A DNA stretch of 63,954 nucleotides, the filler included, from Reticulomyxa filosa (lineage: Eukaryota > Protista > Foraminifera), in the NCBI GenBank assembly GCA_000512085.1. It is 20 parts of 20 records of this genome, joined end to end, with 100 filler letters (N's around TTAATTAATTAA, not from the genome) between each part and the next. Parts side by side here need not be neighbours in the genome. Positions count along the whole stretch, not along the records: positions 45,329 to 51,842 come from ASPP01018329.1; positions 51,943 to 54,930 come from ASPP01001690.1; positions 55,031 to 57,302 come from ASPP01033872.1; positions 57,403 to 60,113 come from ASPP01021105.1; 16 more parts are not named here. One strand, written 5' to 3'. Of this stretch, positions 45,415 through 58,354 are shown piece by piece. How positions within the stretch are numbered: the stretch's first letter is position 1; every line of letters starts with the position of its first letter. The notes beneath the pieces are model-generated. The model was not told the DNA's origin. It saw only the letters and a list, made by a program, of their open reading frames with translations, and did no database searches. A program made the position numbers and the translations under genes.

Positions 45415-48356
45415 ACTGCTTTAAATTCAAAGATATACGTTTGACCCGGAATAAAGCTCACAGGTGCGATAACCCAGTCAAAGACGGAAGTACGCTTCAA
45501 AGTGGCGGTGAGTTGGGAAGTGCCATTTAATAATGATGGCGAAATGCTCGCCGTCACATTCCATACCACGTTGCTCAAACGTGACAGTAGCAGCAAGGTG
45601 ATGGAAATGGTGACAGACTGATGGGAGACGGCGACGATAGGTTGGTACGTCATTGTGATGGGAATGTCGATAGCAGTCGATTTGACCACGTACTGGCCTA
45701 TCCTCCCATTATAACTCGTTTGATTCGTGAGAGCGTCCCATGTGTCGACCGTGAAGTAGTACAACGTATCGTTTTCTAACGACTTGATGGGCAATGCAAT
45801 TGACGACTGTCCGTCGTCAATCAGGTAATTGGTTATTTTTTTCTCGCAATCTCTTGCGCTGGTGTTCCAACCTTGGGAAAGATATTGATTCCATTCAAAT
45901 CGTTTGCATTGCCAATCAAACTTCAGTGATGAGGATAAAGACAATTGTGGACTGTCATTCCAATTTTCACTTTTCGACGCGTCCAACAACAGTGTGGAGA
46001 CACTGTTGGGCGCGGGCTGTTGAGGGTATACACGATGCAGTCCATAGTCCAAATACGTGAGAATTGGACTGTCGAGCAATGCAAATGTGTCTCTGTCGAA
46101 TCCCGTCAATGTTGGACCGCCACTGCCTTTATCTTTGCTCTTGCCGTTTGGCGACGCGACAATGTTTCCATTGTCAATAATCACTCGTCCTGTCATCTTA
46201 TATGCCTCACTTCTGCTCAGCGAATCCATTGCATCCAATTCGGGGGAGATAAATACATTTCGTGTTGTGTAGTTCCACTATATTGTGTTTGAACCGCGAT
46301 CAATCAATCAAAGTTCCGATATACAACATATATTTATATATGTACATATATTGTCGTATTGTTGTATATCCATGTATGCATTATGTATGTATACACACAC
46401 ACACACAGGAGTTTGTTCGATATTCCATTGAAACGACAGCAGTGTTTGCAGCCAGACTCGGGAGGAATTGGTGAAACTGTTTTGCGAGATGCATTGGCAG
46501 TGAGTAGTCCGAGGTCTGGAAAGGAACACATCCATAGTCAACAACGTGGGTTGATTGCGAATTAGATAAAGAGGGCCTGTGATGGAAGGCGTGACGAGCA
46601 GTGATGGATCATAAGACATGAGTTCAGATATGTTTGCACTCTGATTCCATTCATTCTTTACATTCCATCCGATGGACAGCCACTTTGATCCATCTGCCGT
46701 TGCATTCGCCTATGTTTTGACAATTGGCCAAGGAAGTAGGGTAGATAGTCATCACTCGCTCCTTACATAGACAAAAAAAAAAATACAAAACAAAACTTGG
46801 AGCATGCAATAATCAAGCTGCGTGCAATTGAAAAAAAATCCCATGGGGACCTGGGCATGAATAAACGCGTGGATAAGAGTGGTAGTAGCAGAAGTTGTTG
46901 TTGTTGGACCTAATCCCCCGAGAATGGTCCCGGATACGACAACAGGCATACAATTGCCAAAGGTGACGGGATAAGATAACAACACGGCCAAGGTTGACTC
47001 GGTGATCAACCGTGGCAACACTCCTTGGAAGCGAGTGTCCCAAAAGTTGTCATCGACGCTGTCCCGACGTATGTGCGTCGACGTCTGCGAGTAGCTGTCA
47101 GGACACCCGTCGGACCTTTGGCATTGAGGCAGAGTAAACACTAGCTTTTGGTCCGTGACCACGTGCGAATTCTCACTCAACACAATGCGCAAACTGTTCA
47201 CGTGCGTCGCCAACGTATCTCCACTCATGATCAACGGCTGCACCTCTTGCCACTCGCATGTGGACAGTGAGCATCCGTACGTTGTGTCTCCACAGCCAAG
47301 TCCCAATGCTAACAGTGTTTCTTCATCATCTTTGAACAAACTCTCACAAATTGCCGAAGAGACCTCTTTTTTTTTTTTTTTTAGTGAGGTTTGTTAAAAA
47401 AAAAAAAAAAGGGGGGGGGAAAACAGACACATTACATAGTGGTAACAAAAAATAAATAAATAAATAACCAAAGAAAGAGTAATAAATGCGATAAAAGAGG
47501 ACGTCAGGAATGAACCGACACAAAATGGCCGAAGCGGAAGAGTTTGCCTCCCACGTGCAATCGGCAGTGTAATTGAAGAATGGATGCACGGTTGGGGGAT
47601 GTGTCGGCGAGGCTGTTGGGGCGTGGGTAGGTGCGAGTAAAGAAGAAGCGTTGGAAGAGTAAGCGTAGGCGTATTTGGTGGCAGGCTTTCCTCCTGAAGA
47701 CACTCCAAAGCTATTCCACTTGCCCCCAATCTCTTGTACACTTTGAGATACATACAAGTAAAATGCCTTGTCATAGATAAACGTGTTCAGGAGCGTCGTC
47801 ACACAACATGACGACAATGTACAATTCAGTGTTATTCCAAATCCAAACTTGCCACTGTTGTCACGATCTAACATTTGCATTTACATGTGCATATATATAT
47901 ATGTATATATGTGTATATGCATTGTATCTTATGCATTTTCACATATGGAAATGCATAAAAAAAAAAAAAAAAAGGGGTCGTAACAGGGATCGAGGTAATA
48001 GAGGTCTGGAAAACCAATATAATTGATGTCGCATTCACTTTGATTGACGACATTACTATAAAAATTTCCTGCAAACACGTCAAAGTTGTTTCCAAAATAT
48101 GTCACGTTAAATGCATTCGCTGTTTGGAAATGTATCACTAGATAGGTTGTACAGGCTATTTTTTGTTGTTTTTGCTCTTATATGTTTTCATTGATTTTTT
48201 AGCTGTTTTTTTGCCACTCTTGGCGTTTCCTCCGTGTCACTCAAACCAAAAAATATTCTCGCTAAAACAATACTCACAGCCTCTACAAGCAGCATAGACT
48301 GGATCGAATAACCAATGAAAAACAATAAATGATAATGCTATAAGTGGCAAAAACAT
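45415..48356 (-). CDS. Large secreted or membrane PKD/REJ-domain protein, 5' multi-exon part
   Basis: Signal peptide MFLPLIALSFIVFHWLFDPVYA; REJ-like LLLDASKSEN...LKFDWQC; SLENDTLYYFTV; SFIPGQTYIFEF. Confidence 0.75.
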
Positions 48357-48726
48357 ATTTCCAAGTAAATTTTTTCCAAACTTTTTCCCTAGCGGTTCAC
48401 TGAGCAAACAAAAACCAAACGAGGCGACAGCTTTTTTTTTAAACCTCAACATAATAGAAAGGATAAAAAAACCTCTGGCGTGGAAATTTCATCAAGAGTA
48501 TTTTTTTTAAAATAAAATAACTCTTGCAGTAAAAAACAACTAAAAAATATACGTGAACTTTAGGTGGTCAAATACAAAAATGGAAAAAAGCTTCAAAGCT
48601 CAGGACAAAACTTGCATTAAATATTCGAGTCAGTTTTCCTCGGACGATAACCCCAGGAACTAGGATAAACTGGCGCATCCTACTCCAATAAGCGAAGACA
48701 AAGGTTGCTCGTCTCCAGCCCCGACT

Positions 48727-50169
48727 ATGAGGGTGGCGGAAACACAAAACTGCAGTCCGTCAGTGAAATCAATAGTGGAGCGCTTGCACAAGCAGATGTT
48801 GAGCGCGAAGAGCAATGAAGATCGATTCAGATATGATTACTACGACCTGTACTCGCTGAGAACACTGTACAAAGAATTTCCACATGCAGACTCGCCAATG
48901 TTCAAAGAGATCAAAAGGAGACAATTGGACAGCAACGCCAACATTGCCAACGAAGCAAAAGAGGGGCCCAGTCATGACTCGTTGATTGTTCCCGACATAT
49001 TCGCGCCCAATTTGCCAAGCAGCAAACGGCCGAACATTAAATTGCCATTTGACGTGGCCATACTTCAAAGACTGAAGCAAATCCAATTAGCGAAGAACAC
49101 GCCAGGCTATCAAAACTACGTACGTCTAATCCCACGACACCAACGACTACGCAGCGTCCATCCAATGACACCACGCGCAGACGAAGACATAAGCAAGCGA
49201 CGTTTCCAAGGCAAGTTGAATCATTGGAAGAAATCGCTGCATGACTTTGACGATATGAACAACATCCGCCCTGCCCTGCTGGCCGTCAAAACACCTTGCA
49301 AGAAGAAGGCTTTGGCTCGCCGTCCTGTGTACAGATCCAAACAGGTCGGACTTGAAGACACGTCGGGAGCATCGACCCACTTGCAACCCGTTTCTCCCTT
49401 AGCCATCACTGATAGCGATCACGAAAAGACAACACCACACACGACACATACGAGCGCGAGCACAAATAAACAGCACCCCTGCTATGTGTCTTCGAGCATT
49501 ACAAAAAGTGTTGCCACGACCATTAGCAATAGCAATAGCAATAGTAACAGTGAGAGAAAAGACAATGATATGTCCAATAGCGATTTTGATACGTCATTGG
49601 ATTGGCAAATGAAAGTAAAGTTGAACTTTGATGCAAGTGGCGATAGCGACAGAGAAGGACCCTTGCCTACGCATACGACGGCCTCTTCAGAGGTGCTATC
49701 GCAAAGTCAAGTGTTGCTGTGCGATCAGTCAACCACTTCTATCAATGAGAACAAACAGAGCCATGGCTTACATAATGACAATGGTTCTGCTGTCCACACG
49801 TCGCCAAGTGCGTTCTTCTACTTTTTTTTTTTTTATCTCTTTTTCCTCCAATTTTTTGCTGCGTTTGCAAAAGGACGTCATTTTTATACACATATAATAC
49901 TTGAATTGACAGAAACGCGATGACAGCAGGTCGTTTTTTTTTTTTTTTGAATAGACAATCTAATGATGACCACTCCTGTGAAACATAAAGCAACAAAACA
50001 CATACAACATCGGAGCGACTCTCGAAGTCTTTCGAGAAGGAGGAGAAAAAACGGCAGGTCAATCAATCAAAAAGTTTGGGAAATCAAAAAAGTAGATAAC
50101 AAAACTACCAGTCAAGAACTGACGGCCACAACACAAGACGGCAATGGCGTACATCAAAAACAAAATTGA
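48727..50169 (+). CDS. SLBP: Histone mRNA stem-loop binding protein
   Basis: RNA-binding domain at 49051-49255: QRLKQIQLAKNTPGYQNYVRLIPRHQR..HPMTP..SKRRFQGKLNHWKKSLHDFD. Probable intron at about 49808-49955, so the 3' end is tentative. Confidence 0.9.
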
Positions 50170-51022
50170 TCCATCATTCTTATTTTTTTTGGAGTAACAG
50201 GCGATCAATAAATACAAGAAAAAATAAAAAGAAAAGCTGGTTGGCAATCGAACCATATTGTATTGGAAGTGAAACACTAATGGCGACTTGTCCAAATTTT
50301 CCAAAATCAACGTGTTCAAAAAAAAAAACAGTCGAGAATTGTCACAATCAACAAATCTTTTTTATCACTTTTTCTGTTTGTGAATCGTGAGAGCGGGTAG
50401 TTTCTTTTGAGAGACTACTGCCCTTTTTTTGAAATTTATTCAATAAATTAAAACAAGCTGATCATGTTTTGCTTATCTGTTACATCAAGGCAATGTTCTA
50501 GGCTCAAAATTTTTTTCGACTGGGCGTGGCTCAAAATTGTGCAAAAAATTATCGACGAAAATTCTTTTTCAGTATAAAAATTCAAAATTAGCATGTATCT
50601 TGACGACCACTTAGTACATTCATGGTTTGATAAGTTTCATTTCATTTTGACACGCTTTGGCTATAGAAATCAATTTTAACTTAAATATATACTCTAACCT
50701 TTAACAAAAAATTGCCAAATAATTGTTAATTTTTTACTTTTGCTTAAAACAGTTTTATGTTCTGTTATTTTTACTGGAGTTTTTATCCTTTAACTTTTTA
50801 TTTTAATAACATTTAAATTGCTGTTGAATCATTGATGCAATACTTGAAATATACGTAATAATACAGAAGTTTTTCAAGGTGCGTGTTTTTTGTTTTGAAC
50901 TTGTGGAATTTCCAAGCTTCATTTTTTGTCTATAAAAAACCATGGCAAAGGAAAAAACTGAAGACGAGAAAGAACATTATGATCGCCAAGGCTATGTTGA
51001 CATCTTCCAAACACCAGGAAAT

Positions 51023-51630
51023 ATGATGACGTAGGTTTTTGTGTGAGTAAAAAGATGTGAATGCAGTGTGTCAAAAACGAAACAAAGCGCAAACAAAAAA
51101 AAAGGCACATAACAAAAATATAAGTGAAACTAACTGAATAGGTTTAACACACGTCATGGATATTTAGAAGCATTAGTTCGAGGATTTCGCTCGGGGTTCA
51201 TGGGAGAGGCGGAATATCGTCAACTAGCTCAGTGTGAATCATTGGAAGATTTCAAATTATGTTTTCAGGAAACCGATTATATGGATGTTTTGCAAACATC
51301 CGACTTTAGCGCAAAACTGACACCCCAAATGATCGAAGATCGAGTGTAAGGAGGATTCAAACAACATTTTTTTTTTTATGATGGTGTGTCCCCTTTCTGC
51401 TAAAATGACGTACACTCATATGACAAAAAAAAAGATGGGAAAAATTTGTGGAAGAATTTTTTCACCTAAGAGATCAAGCCACGGGTGAATTGGCAACGTT
51501 TTTCCATTTCATACAATACGAATACATGATCAAAGCTGTATTTTTTGTTATCCGAAGTATCATGAACTTTAATGACCCATTAAAAATTTTGCCACAAGTC
51601 GACAAAATGGGAAAGTTCCCTGGGATGCGA
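51023..51630 (+). CDS. ATP6V0D: V-type ATPase V0 subunit d, 5' exons (51023-51030, 51142-51345, 51435-51630)
   Basis: Spliced product MMTFNTRHGYLEALVRGFRSG..YRQLAQCESLEDFKL..TDY; EFFHLRDQATGELATF..YEYMI. Confidence 0.9.
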
Positions 51631-51942
51631 GTTAACAACAACAACAACAAAAAATTAACTATCTGCCCTTTTTTTTTGATATCTTCAGACATCCCCCCTC
51701 TTTATTGTCTTAATTTGAGGAAATCACAATTTACATAAATTTTTTTTTTTTTGAGATGCGAGATATCGTTGATAAGTCTCCAACATAAAAAAAAGTTTTT
51801 ATAAAAGAATGCATCAAGATATGAAATAAGTAAAATGTTACTNNNNNNNNNNNNNNNNNNNNNNNNNNNNNNNNNNNNNNNNNNNNTTAATTAATTAANN
51901 NNNNNNNNNNNNNNNNNNNNNNNNNNNNNNNNNNNNNNNNNN

Positions 51943-51981
<39 letters not shown>

Positions 51982-51988
51982 ATTGAAG

Positions 51989-53164
51989 ATAGATTTAGAA
52001 CCAAATGTAATTGATGAAGCAAAAAATGGACCATTAAAAACAATACTTAATTTTGAATATCTATTATGCGGAAAAGAAGATGCAGCAAACAACTTTGCAC
52101 GAGGATATTATACAATTGGAAGACAAATGATTGACAAAGTGAGTGATAGTTTACGAAAGCTCACCGATAATTGTGATCATATTATGGGATTTCTGATTGC
52201 TCATAGTATTGGAGGAGGGACTGGTTCTGGTTTGGGTGCATTGATATTGGAACAGCTCCAAAAATATTACAAGAGAGTTCCAAAAATAGGATTTGAAATA
52301 TATCCATCACCAATTGTATCCACTTGTGTGGTTGAGCCTTACAATGTACTTTTGGGAAATCATTGGTTATTAGATTATACAAACATAACGTTTGTATTAG
52401 AGAATGCAGCCTTGTATGATATTTGTCAAAAAAAATTACATATTGTGAAACCAGATATAAATAATCTAAATCGTTTAGTTGCAAAAATGTTTTCTTGGAT
52501 GGCTCAAAGTTGTCGCCTGTATCAATACACAAGCATTGATTTGGATGAAATGCAAGCCAAATTAGTTCCTTTCCCACAAATACATTTTATGACTACAGGA
52601 ATGGGTCCAATTGTATCCAAAGCAGATGTAATCACAGCTCCAAATACTGTAGAAGACATTACCGATGAATGTTTTAAACCCTCGAATTGGTTTGTTCAAT
52701 GCACTGATTTTGATCCAATAAAAGACAAATATATGGCGATCCTTACTCAATATCGTGGAAATGTCACTTCTAAACAAGCACATCTCGCACATAGTTGGGC
52801 TAGACAAAATGGCAAATGCTCCCTCATAGAATGGTGTCCAACTGGCTTCAGGTATGAACTTGATGACACTCCCGTTACCATCTTGGAAGCAGATGATATG
52901 GGTCCATGTGATAAAACTGCTTTTATAATTGCCAACAATACTTCCATTTCTCGGATGTTTGCCAAGCGCATTGCACAGAAATTTGATTATTTATATTCAC
53001 AACAAGCTTTTGTTCATTGGTATCTTGGAGAAGGAATGGAACAAGAACAATTTCTTAATGCTCGTGGAGATTTAGGAATGTTAGTAAGGGATTATGCAGA
53101 CATTTTGAGCGAAGAACCAACAGATGATCTCAGTGAGAAAGATGAAGATGGGGATTATTGGTGA
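51989..53164 (+). CDS. Divergent alpha-tubulin, last exon
   Basis: DLEP, GKEDAANNFARG, GGGTGSG, VVEPYN, WCPTGF and AFVHWY.GEGME. Confidence 0.93.
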   Translation: MDLEPNVIDEAKNGPLKTILNFEYLLCGKEDAANNFARGYYTIGRQMIDKVSDSLRKLTDNCDHIMGFLIAHSIGGGTGSGLGALILEQLQKYYKRVPKIGFEIYPSPIVSTCVVEPYNVLLGNHWLLDYTNITFVLENAALYDICQKKLHIVKPDINNLNRLVAKMFSWMAQSCRLYQYTSIDLDEMQAKLVPFPQIHFMTTGMGPIVSKADVITAPNTVEDITDECFKPSNWFVQCTDFDPIKDKYMAILTQYRGNVTSKQAHLAHSWARQNGKCSLIEWCPTGFRYELDDTPVTILEADDMGPCDKTAFIIANNTSISRMFAKRIAQKFDYLYSQQAFVHWYLGEGMEQEQFLNARGDLGMLVRDYADILSEEPTDDLSEKDEDGDYW

Positions 53165-53644
53165 ATGTTTATTTTATCAATATAAATTGGAGGCTGTCTT
53201 TTTTTTTTTTGACTTAAAATATAACATAAAAGCTAATTGTATAGTGTTTGTAGCTTTTGTTGTTAATAACCCTTCCAATAATTTTAAAAAATCTGTGTAA
53301 TCTTATTTTTCTCCCTTGTTTTACAATCTACCTTTTGATCATTATTTACTAAACAATTAAGGATTTTCTAACACAAAATTTGACACTGTTGCTTATTTGT
53401 TGAACGTTTGTTTGACAGTTTTACAAATTTTTTTACAGTCGAATTCTATTTTCAAGCAAAGTTATCAGGTTTGCCTTTAACAATAAAAAAAATGATAATT
53501 TTCAAACGGACAAACAATAAAAAAGTTGTTTCAGACAAACCGGCACTGTTTTTTACTTTTTTAAAAAAGAGGGAGAGACGCCAAAAAAAAAACTAACACT
53601 ACTTTCACTTTTTTTTGAAAGTGCTTTTTTGTAGATTTTTGACA

Positions 53645-54930
53645 ATGGTTTTACATGTTGTTTTGTGTTTGGCAATATGGTTTATTGGCAGTGGCTCTGG
53701 ACTAAAGGAAAAGTACTGTAGTTAAGTGTGTTGTTTGTGACGGCACTAAAAAAAAAAAAAAAGCCAAATAAATATTAGTGAGATCATTATCAATACACGC
53801 ATTATGTTACAAAAAAAAAAAAAAAAGATGATGACAAATGTGCACAAGTGACATTGGAAAAAGTGGAAAGACTATTTTGCATAAAAGAAAGGTCATGTGT
53901 GAACAGCCAAATTATAATGCACGCAAGTGATACTCATCACAATTATGAGATCGATTGTGCAGGAGTAGCATCATGTCAAAATGCAACAGTGTGGCTCAAC
54001 AACAGTAACAGTAACAACAACAACAACAACAATGTGGTGTCAATTTATTGTCGTGGTTTATTGTCGTGTTCTTTTTTATCTGTCATTTCATCACAGCCGC
54101 GCAGTTATTTCTTTATTTTTTTATTTTACAAAAGAGGATAACGTATACTAATAAATTATTATTATAATAAAAAGCGGAATTAAGATGGTATTGCATTGGA
54201 GAACAAAGTTGCAATGAGATGAAACTGGATTGCAGTGGACAATGCAAAGTGAAGTGTGAAAAGAGTAGTTGCGCTTCTGCGGTGGTATTTGATACATATC
54301 GATGTCGAGAAGGTAGTGAATGCAGATGGTATACGGATAGCAATGAGCCGCAGGAGCAGTTTGCAATAGCAAGGTACGAATGTCAAAGTGGTGCTACGTG
54401 CGAATTCGAGCCAATGTCAAGATCGTCATCATCGTCATCATCAATAACGAAGTCGTGGAAGAAGTGGACAAAAAGCGAGGATAAATTATTGCAATTGAAA
54501 GACGATCCACGACCACGACGACGTTTATTTACGCCGAATCCAACCAAACGGCCGACAACCAAACCGCCAACCAAACCGCCAACCAAACTGCCAACCAAAC
54601 CACCAACCAAACGGCCGACAACCAAACAACCAACCAAACTACCAACCAAACGTCCAACCAAGCGTCCGACTAAATTTCCGACAAAAATTCCAACGCGACG
54701 TCCAACGAAACGACCGACCAAGCTCCCAACGAAGTCACCGACAAAGCAACCTACCAGTCCCATCGTCCCCGTACCGACCAACTCACCCACAGCGCCACCG
54801 ACCAAAGCACCGACCGAATTGCCAACCAAAGCATCGACCAAATTGCCAACCAAAGCACCAACCAAATTGCCAACCGAAGCACCAACCAAACAACCAACAA
54901 CTAAACCACCAACCAAACTACCAAGCAAGT
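53645..54930 (+). CDS. Secreted Cys-rich protein with a mucin-like PT-repeat stalk, 3'-truncated
   Basis: Signal peptide MVLHVVLCLAIWFIGSGSG, CxxxxSC repeats, and (PTKx)n from about 54533. Confidence 0.8.
54533..54929 (+). repeat. Coding 12-bp tandem repeat (PTK[RPLQA])
   Basis: Repeated ccaaccaaa-nnn units. Confidence 0.9.
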
Positions 54931-55030
54931 NNNNNNNNNNNNNNNNNNNNNNNNNNNNNNNNNNNNNNNNNNNNTTAATTAATTAANNNNNNNNNNNNNN
55001 NNNNNNNNNNNNNNNNNNNNNNNNNNNNNN

Positions 55031-55375
55031 GAGCAGAGACAACATTAAGTTACTTTGTGCTGGATCACATAAATACACCAAACCACAGCGCGTGGGCCCA
55101 TTTTTATCGTACACAAAAGATGTCCCTTGCTTTAGGATGGACATACATTGGTAGGAATCGTCCAACACAACAAAGTCAAATCGGGACGGATATATTGTGT
55201 ACCCAAAGTGGACACATAGTCGCACTAAGTCGGTAGGAAAAAAAGTATAGCCCACCAATCTTACCAAGTGTTCAACAACTATCTCCCGCTCAAATTTTGT
55301 TAATGTAAACCCACTTTTCGCATGCCTAGAAGTATTCTGTCCTCTTGGAATGTCAGGTAACCGTACGAAAGACAC
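55031..55375 (-). CDS. Hypothetical protein fragment
   Basis: Open frame with a helical FPTDLVRLCVHF segment. No family recognised and the start is uncertain. Confidence 0.4.
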
Positions 55376-57149
55376 ACAACGCCCTATTTCCGTGGTTGTT
55401 CAGTTCAAAAACCTGATTTGGAGGAAAAAACAATATTCAGTTCCAGATTTGGCAATGGACACGTCTGATTTGGCTCAACATGTTCGGTTTAAAAAAATTA
55501 TTACAAAAACCAGAAAAACTCTTTAACTGAGGATTCTCCTTCAAAACTGTAGTAATGATAAAAATAATATGTTTGGTAAGCATATGACAGAAATGTGTTC
55601 TTCTGAAAAAAATTAGTAACGATATCACTTCTGTTCTGTAGTTATCTCTTGTTTTAGTCCATATGGATCAATTATTTTTTTTTTAATATGTACGAAAATT
55701 TTATCAGTACCTGCCACTTTGTGACAAACAACTATAATTCTTTGTTTGCTACGCACGATCAAACTGTTCTGTTGAAGATCAGCCAATTACATTTTTGATT
55801 ATCGTATTGTGTAATATTTTTATAGCTTAGTGTTTTGCACCATTTATCATCATTTTATTACCCTTTAGCTCGTTTCATTTCATTTAATAATATCATAAGA
55901 GAAACTTTCTTAAATAACAATAAGACTTAGATTGTATATTATAAAAATTAAAACATTCAATAAGTAACACATGCATAAATTGATCATTTAAATTAAAAAA
56001 CATTTAGAATAATATTTTTTATTCAGTTTTCGTCGATATTTCATGGATATTATTTTTTTGCTTGCTCTCTGGACAAACAGGCAAAGTAATTTATTGATAC
56101 TACGTAGCAAAGGGCAAATAACGAATGAAGTTAAAATTTTGAATAAAACAAAATGCAAAAGTAATGAAATCTACAGCTAACAAAATATTTACAATTAGCG
56201 TTATTGAAATGATTTTACAGGTTTTTTACTTTTAGTTCTAACAATAGAATTTATGTGTATCAAGTCCTATTTTAATAGAACTATACATCACACAAAGAAA
56301 TGTTACAACCACTTGTAAAACTTTGCGTACAACAAAAAAGTACATTACTGTGATAAATTTAATGTAATGTTTTGTTCTTAGCACGATCTCTTAATATACT
56401 ATTTTGATAAGTATTTGTTGTATTACTTGATGTTTTGTCATCCAAAACTTATTTGGACAGATATTTGATAGACATTTGTTAGCAAATTTCATAAAAAGTG
56501 AAAGTAATTATGAAAACAGAGTAGAGACAAGTTCATTGAAATCATTGACAAATCCTTTTAAAATGTTACCGAAATAGGCATTGCCATATTATCAATTCCC
56601 TAAAAGTTCAGCTATAAGAATTTCTTTTCTTCAATGATTGAATATTAGCTTTACGAAGGGTAACATCTAAAGCACATTGTTTTTTGGTTTGTCGAAATTT
56701 TTTTGCTGGACAAAATTTCCACGTTCACGCTTGCGCGAATTCGAGAAAACTTTGTACTTGAAAAAAGCGTTACTGTTGGTCTTGTTTTTTTTTTTTTGGT
56801 GGTTGAGATTTTTTAATCTTAAAATTGAAGACCAAACTTTCATGTTTCTCCGCTTTGAAAGCTTTTTAAAGAAATATTACACCTGATAATCAACACAAAA
56901 AGGCACGATCCACTTTACATAAACAATGACAAGTTTCTATTTAATCTTTTAGCGATTTGCGTTTTTGATTGGTACGGTGCATACATTCACTAAAATAATG
57001 TACAATTATCTATTTCTTGGTGCCTTCGAGTCCCTTTCTGTTCTGTTTACACTTTTCTTGGCACCAACTAAGCTCATTACAGTTCGAATGAAAAGGGCCA
57101 TTCGAACTTGCTTTTTTTTTCATCGACGAAAAGGACATATAAAGAAACG

Positions 57150-57262
57150 TGTTCAATGTGGTCATATAGCAAAAATCATTGATCCAACCAATTCGAATCA
57201 CTTCATATCGACTCCAATAATCGACGACCACCTCGACTTCGTGTTTTATCCACTTTTGGAAA
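57150..57262 (-). CDS. Segment with the [HY]W.R...I.[LI]GWI.[DE]F motif typical of expanded foraminiferan Kelch/WD40 proteins
   Basis: EVEVVVDYWSRYEVIRIGWINDF. The family link is recalled, not verified. Confidence 0.45.
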
Positions 57263-57775
57263 TATGCATGTACATGTAGATACATCTCTATCTACAGTGT
57301 GTNNNNNNNNNNNNNNNNNNNNNNNNNNNNNNNNNNNNNNNNNNNNTTAATTAATTAANNNNNNNNNNNNNNNNNNNNNNNNNNNNNNNNNNNNNNNNNN
57401 NNTTATTAAATTCGTCAGTTCCAAAAACGATAAAAAACATATATTATGCCAAATTCAATGCTTGGGTGGAAATCAATGTAATCATTATGTCCTTTAAATA
57501 TATTCAATTGTTTTTTTGTCTCAATCCAATACTCGAATGATATTATCAGTTTATTCAGAACAAATTACATATCCATTTCCATCAATTACATCAATATTAT
57601 TACTTTTATTATTATCGACATCTGATATATGAACGGTACATAGTGTTATTCATGTCATACAATCAAAAATACAAAGAAAGTTAAAGTGTAATTCAAAGCA
57701 TATCAAACTAAATGGATAACAAAGAAATATCCGTTTACATTTTCTTCATTATAAAAAAAAAGAATAAGCTACTTT

Positions 57776-57847
57776 TGGGGATTCAGACCCAACTCCGGCC
57801 GTGATCCAAGGCTGGGACATCATCTAACCACCATAGACCAGGCGGGC
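57776..57847 (-). other. tRNA-derived (SINE-head-like) GC-rich sequence
   Basis: TGGTCTATGGTGGTTAG A-box-like and GGGTCTGAATCCC B-box-like sequences, with no proper cloverleaf. Confidence 0.35.
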
Positions 57848-58354
57848 GTATCATAGGTGCCATCATAGGCTAAGAAGTCTATGTGCTGGACACTATGTCG
57901 GGTTTAAATTTTTGTCTAAACCCATACGATGGACATAACTTGTTTCTCAAAAGGCAGGTAGCTGAAAAGTGTTCCAAAACGGACCTTTCATATATCCTTT
58001 TTATGTTTTCATGTATCAAACTGCTTATTATCAATTTGAATAGTTTGCTTGTTGTGTTTGTGTTGTTATTGCTAGTCTTTTTTTCTATTCTGAAAAAGAC
58101 AATATTATCTTGTCTTTCTTTGTGTTGTTATGCATATTGTACTTTTTTGTTGCAAAGCAAATGTATGTGTTGCGTCAAGAGAGATATTATTTTTCTTCAA
58201 GCAATAGTTTTGAAAACAAACAAACGTGTAAAAGGCATTGCCTTGTTATGCATGATTTAAAATGTTATGAAAAAATCAAAACTGATGCAAAATTCATTAT
58301 CTCCATGACAAAAAAAAATTGAAAAATTCACATCATAAAAGAACAATTCGTGCG

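Noticed and set aside
54383-54928. Minus-strand (LVG)n ORF, and similar ORFs at 63586-63928
   Set aside because: These are the antisense of PT-repeat coding sequence.
55640-56950. Long AT-rich region examined for genes or elements
   Set aside because: No supportable motif, repeat or coding signal was found.
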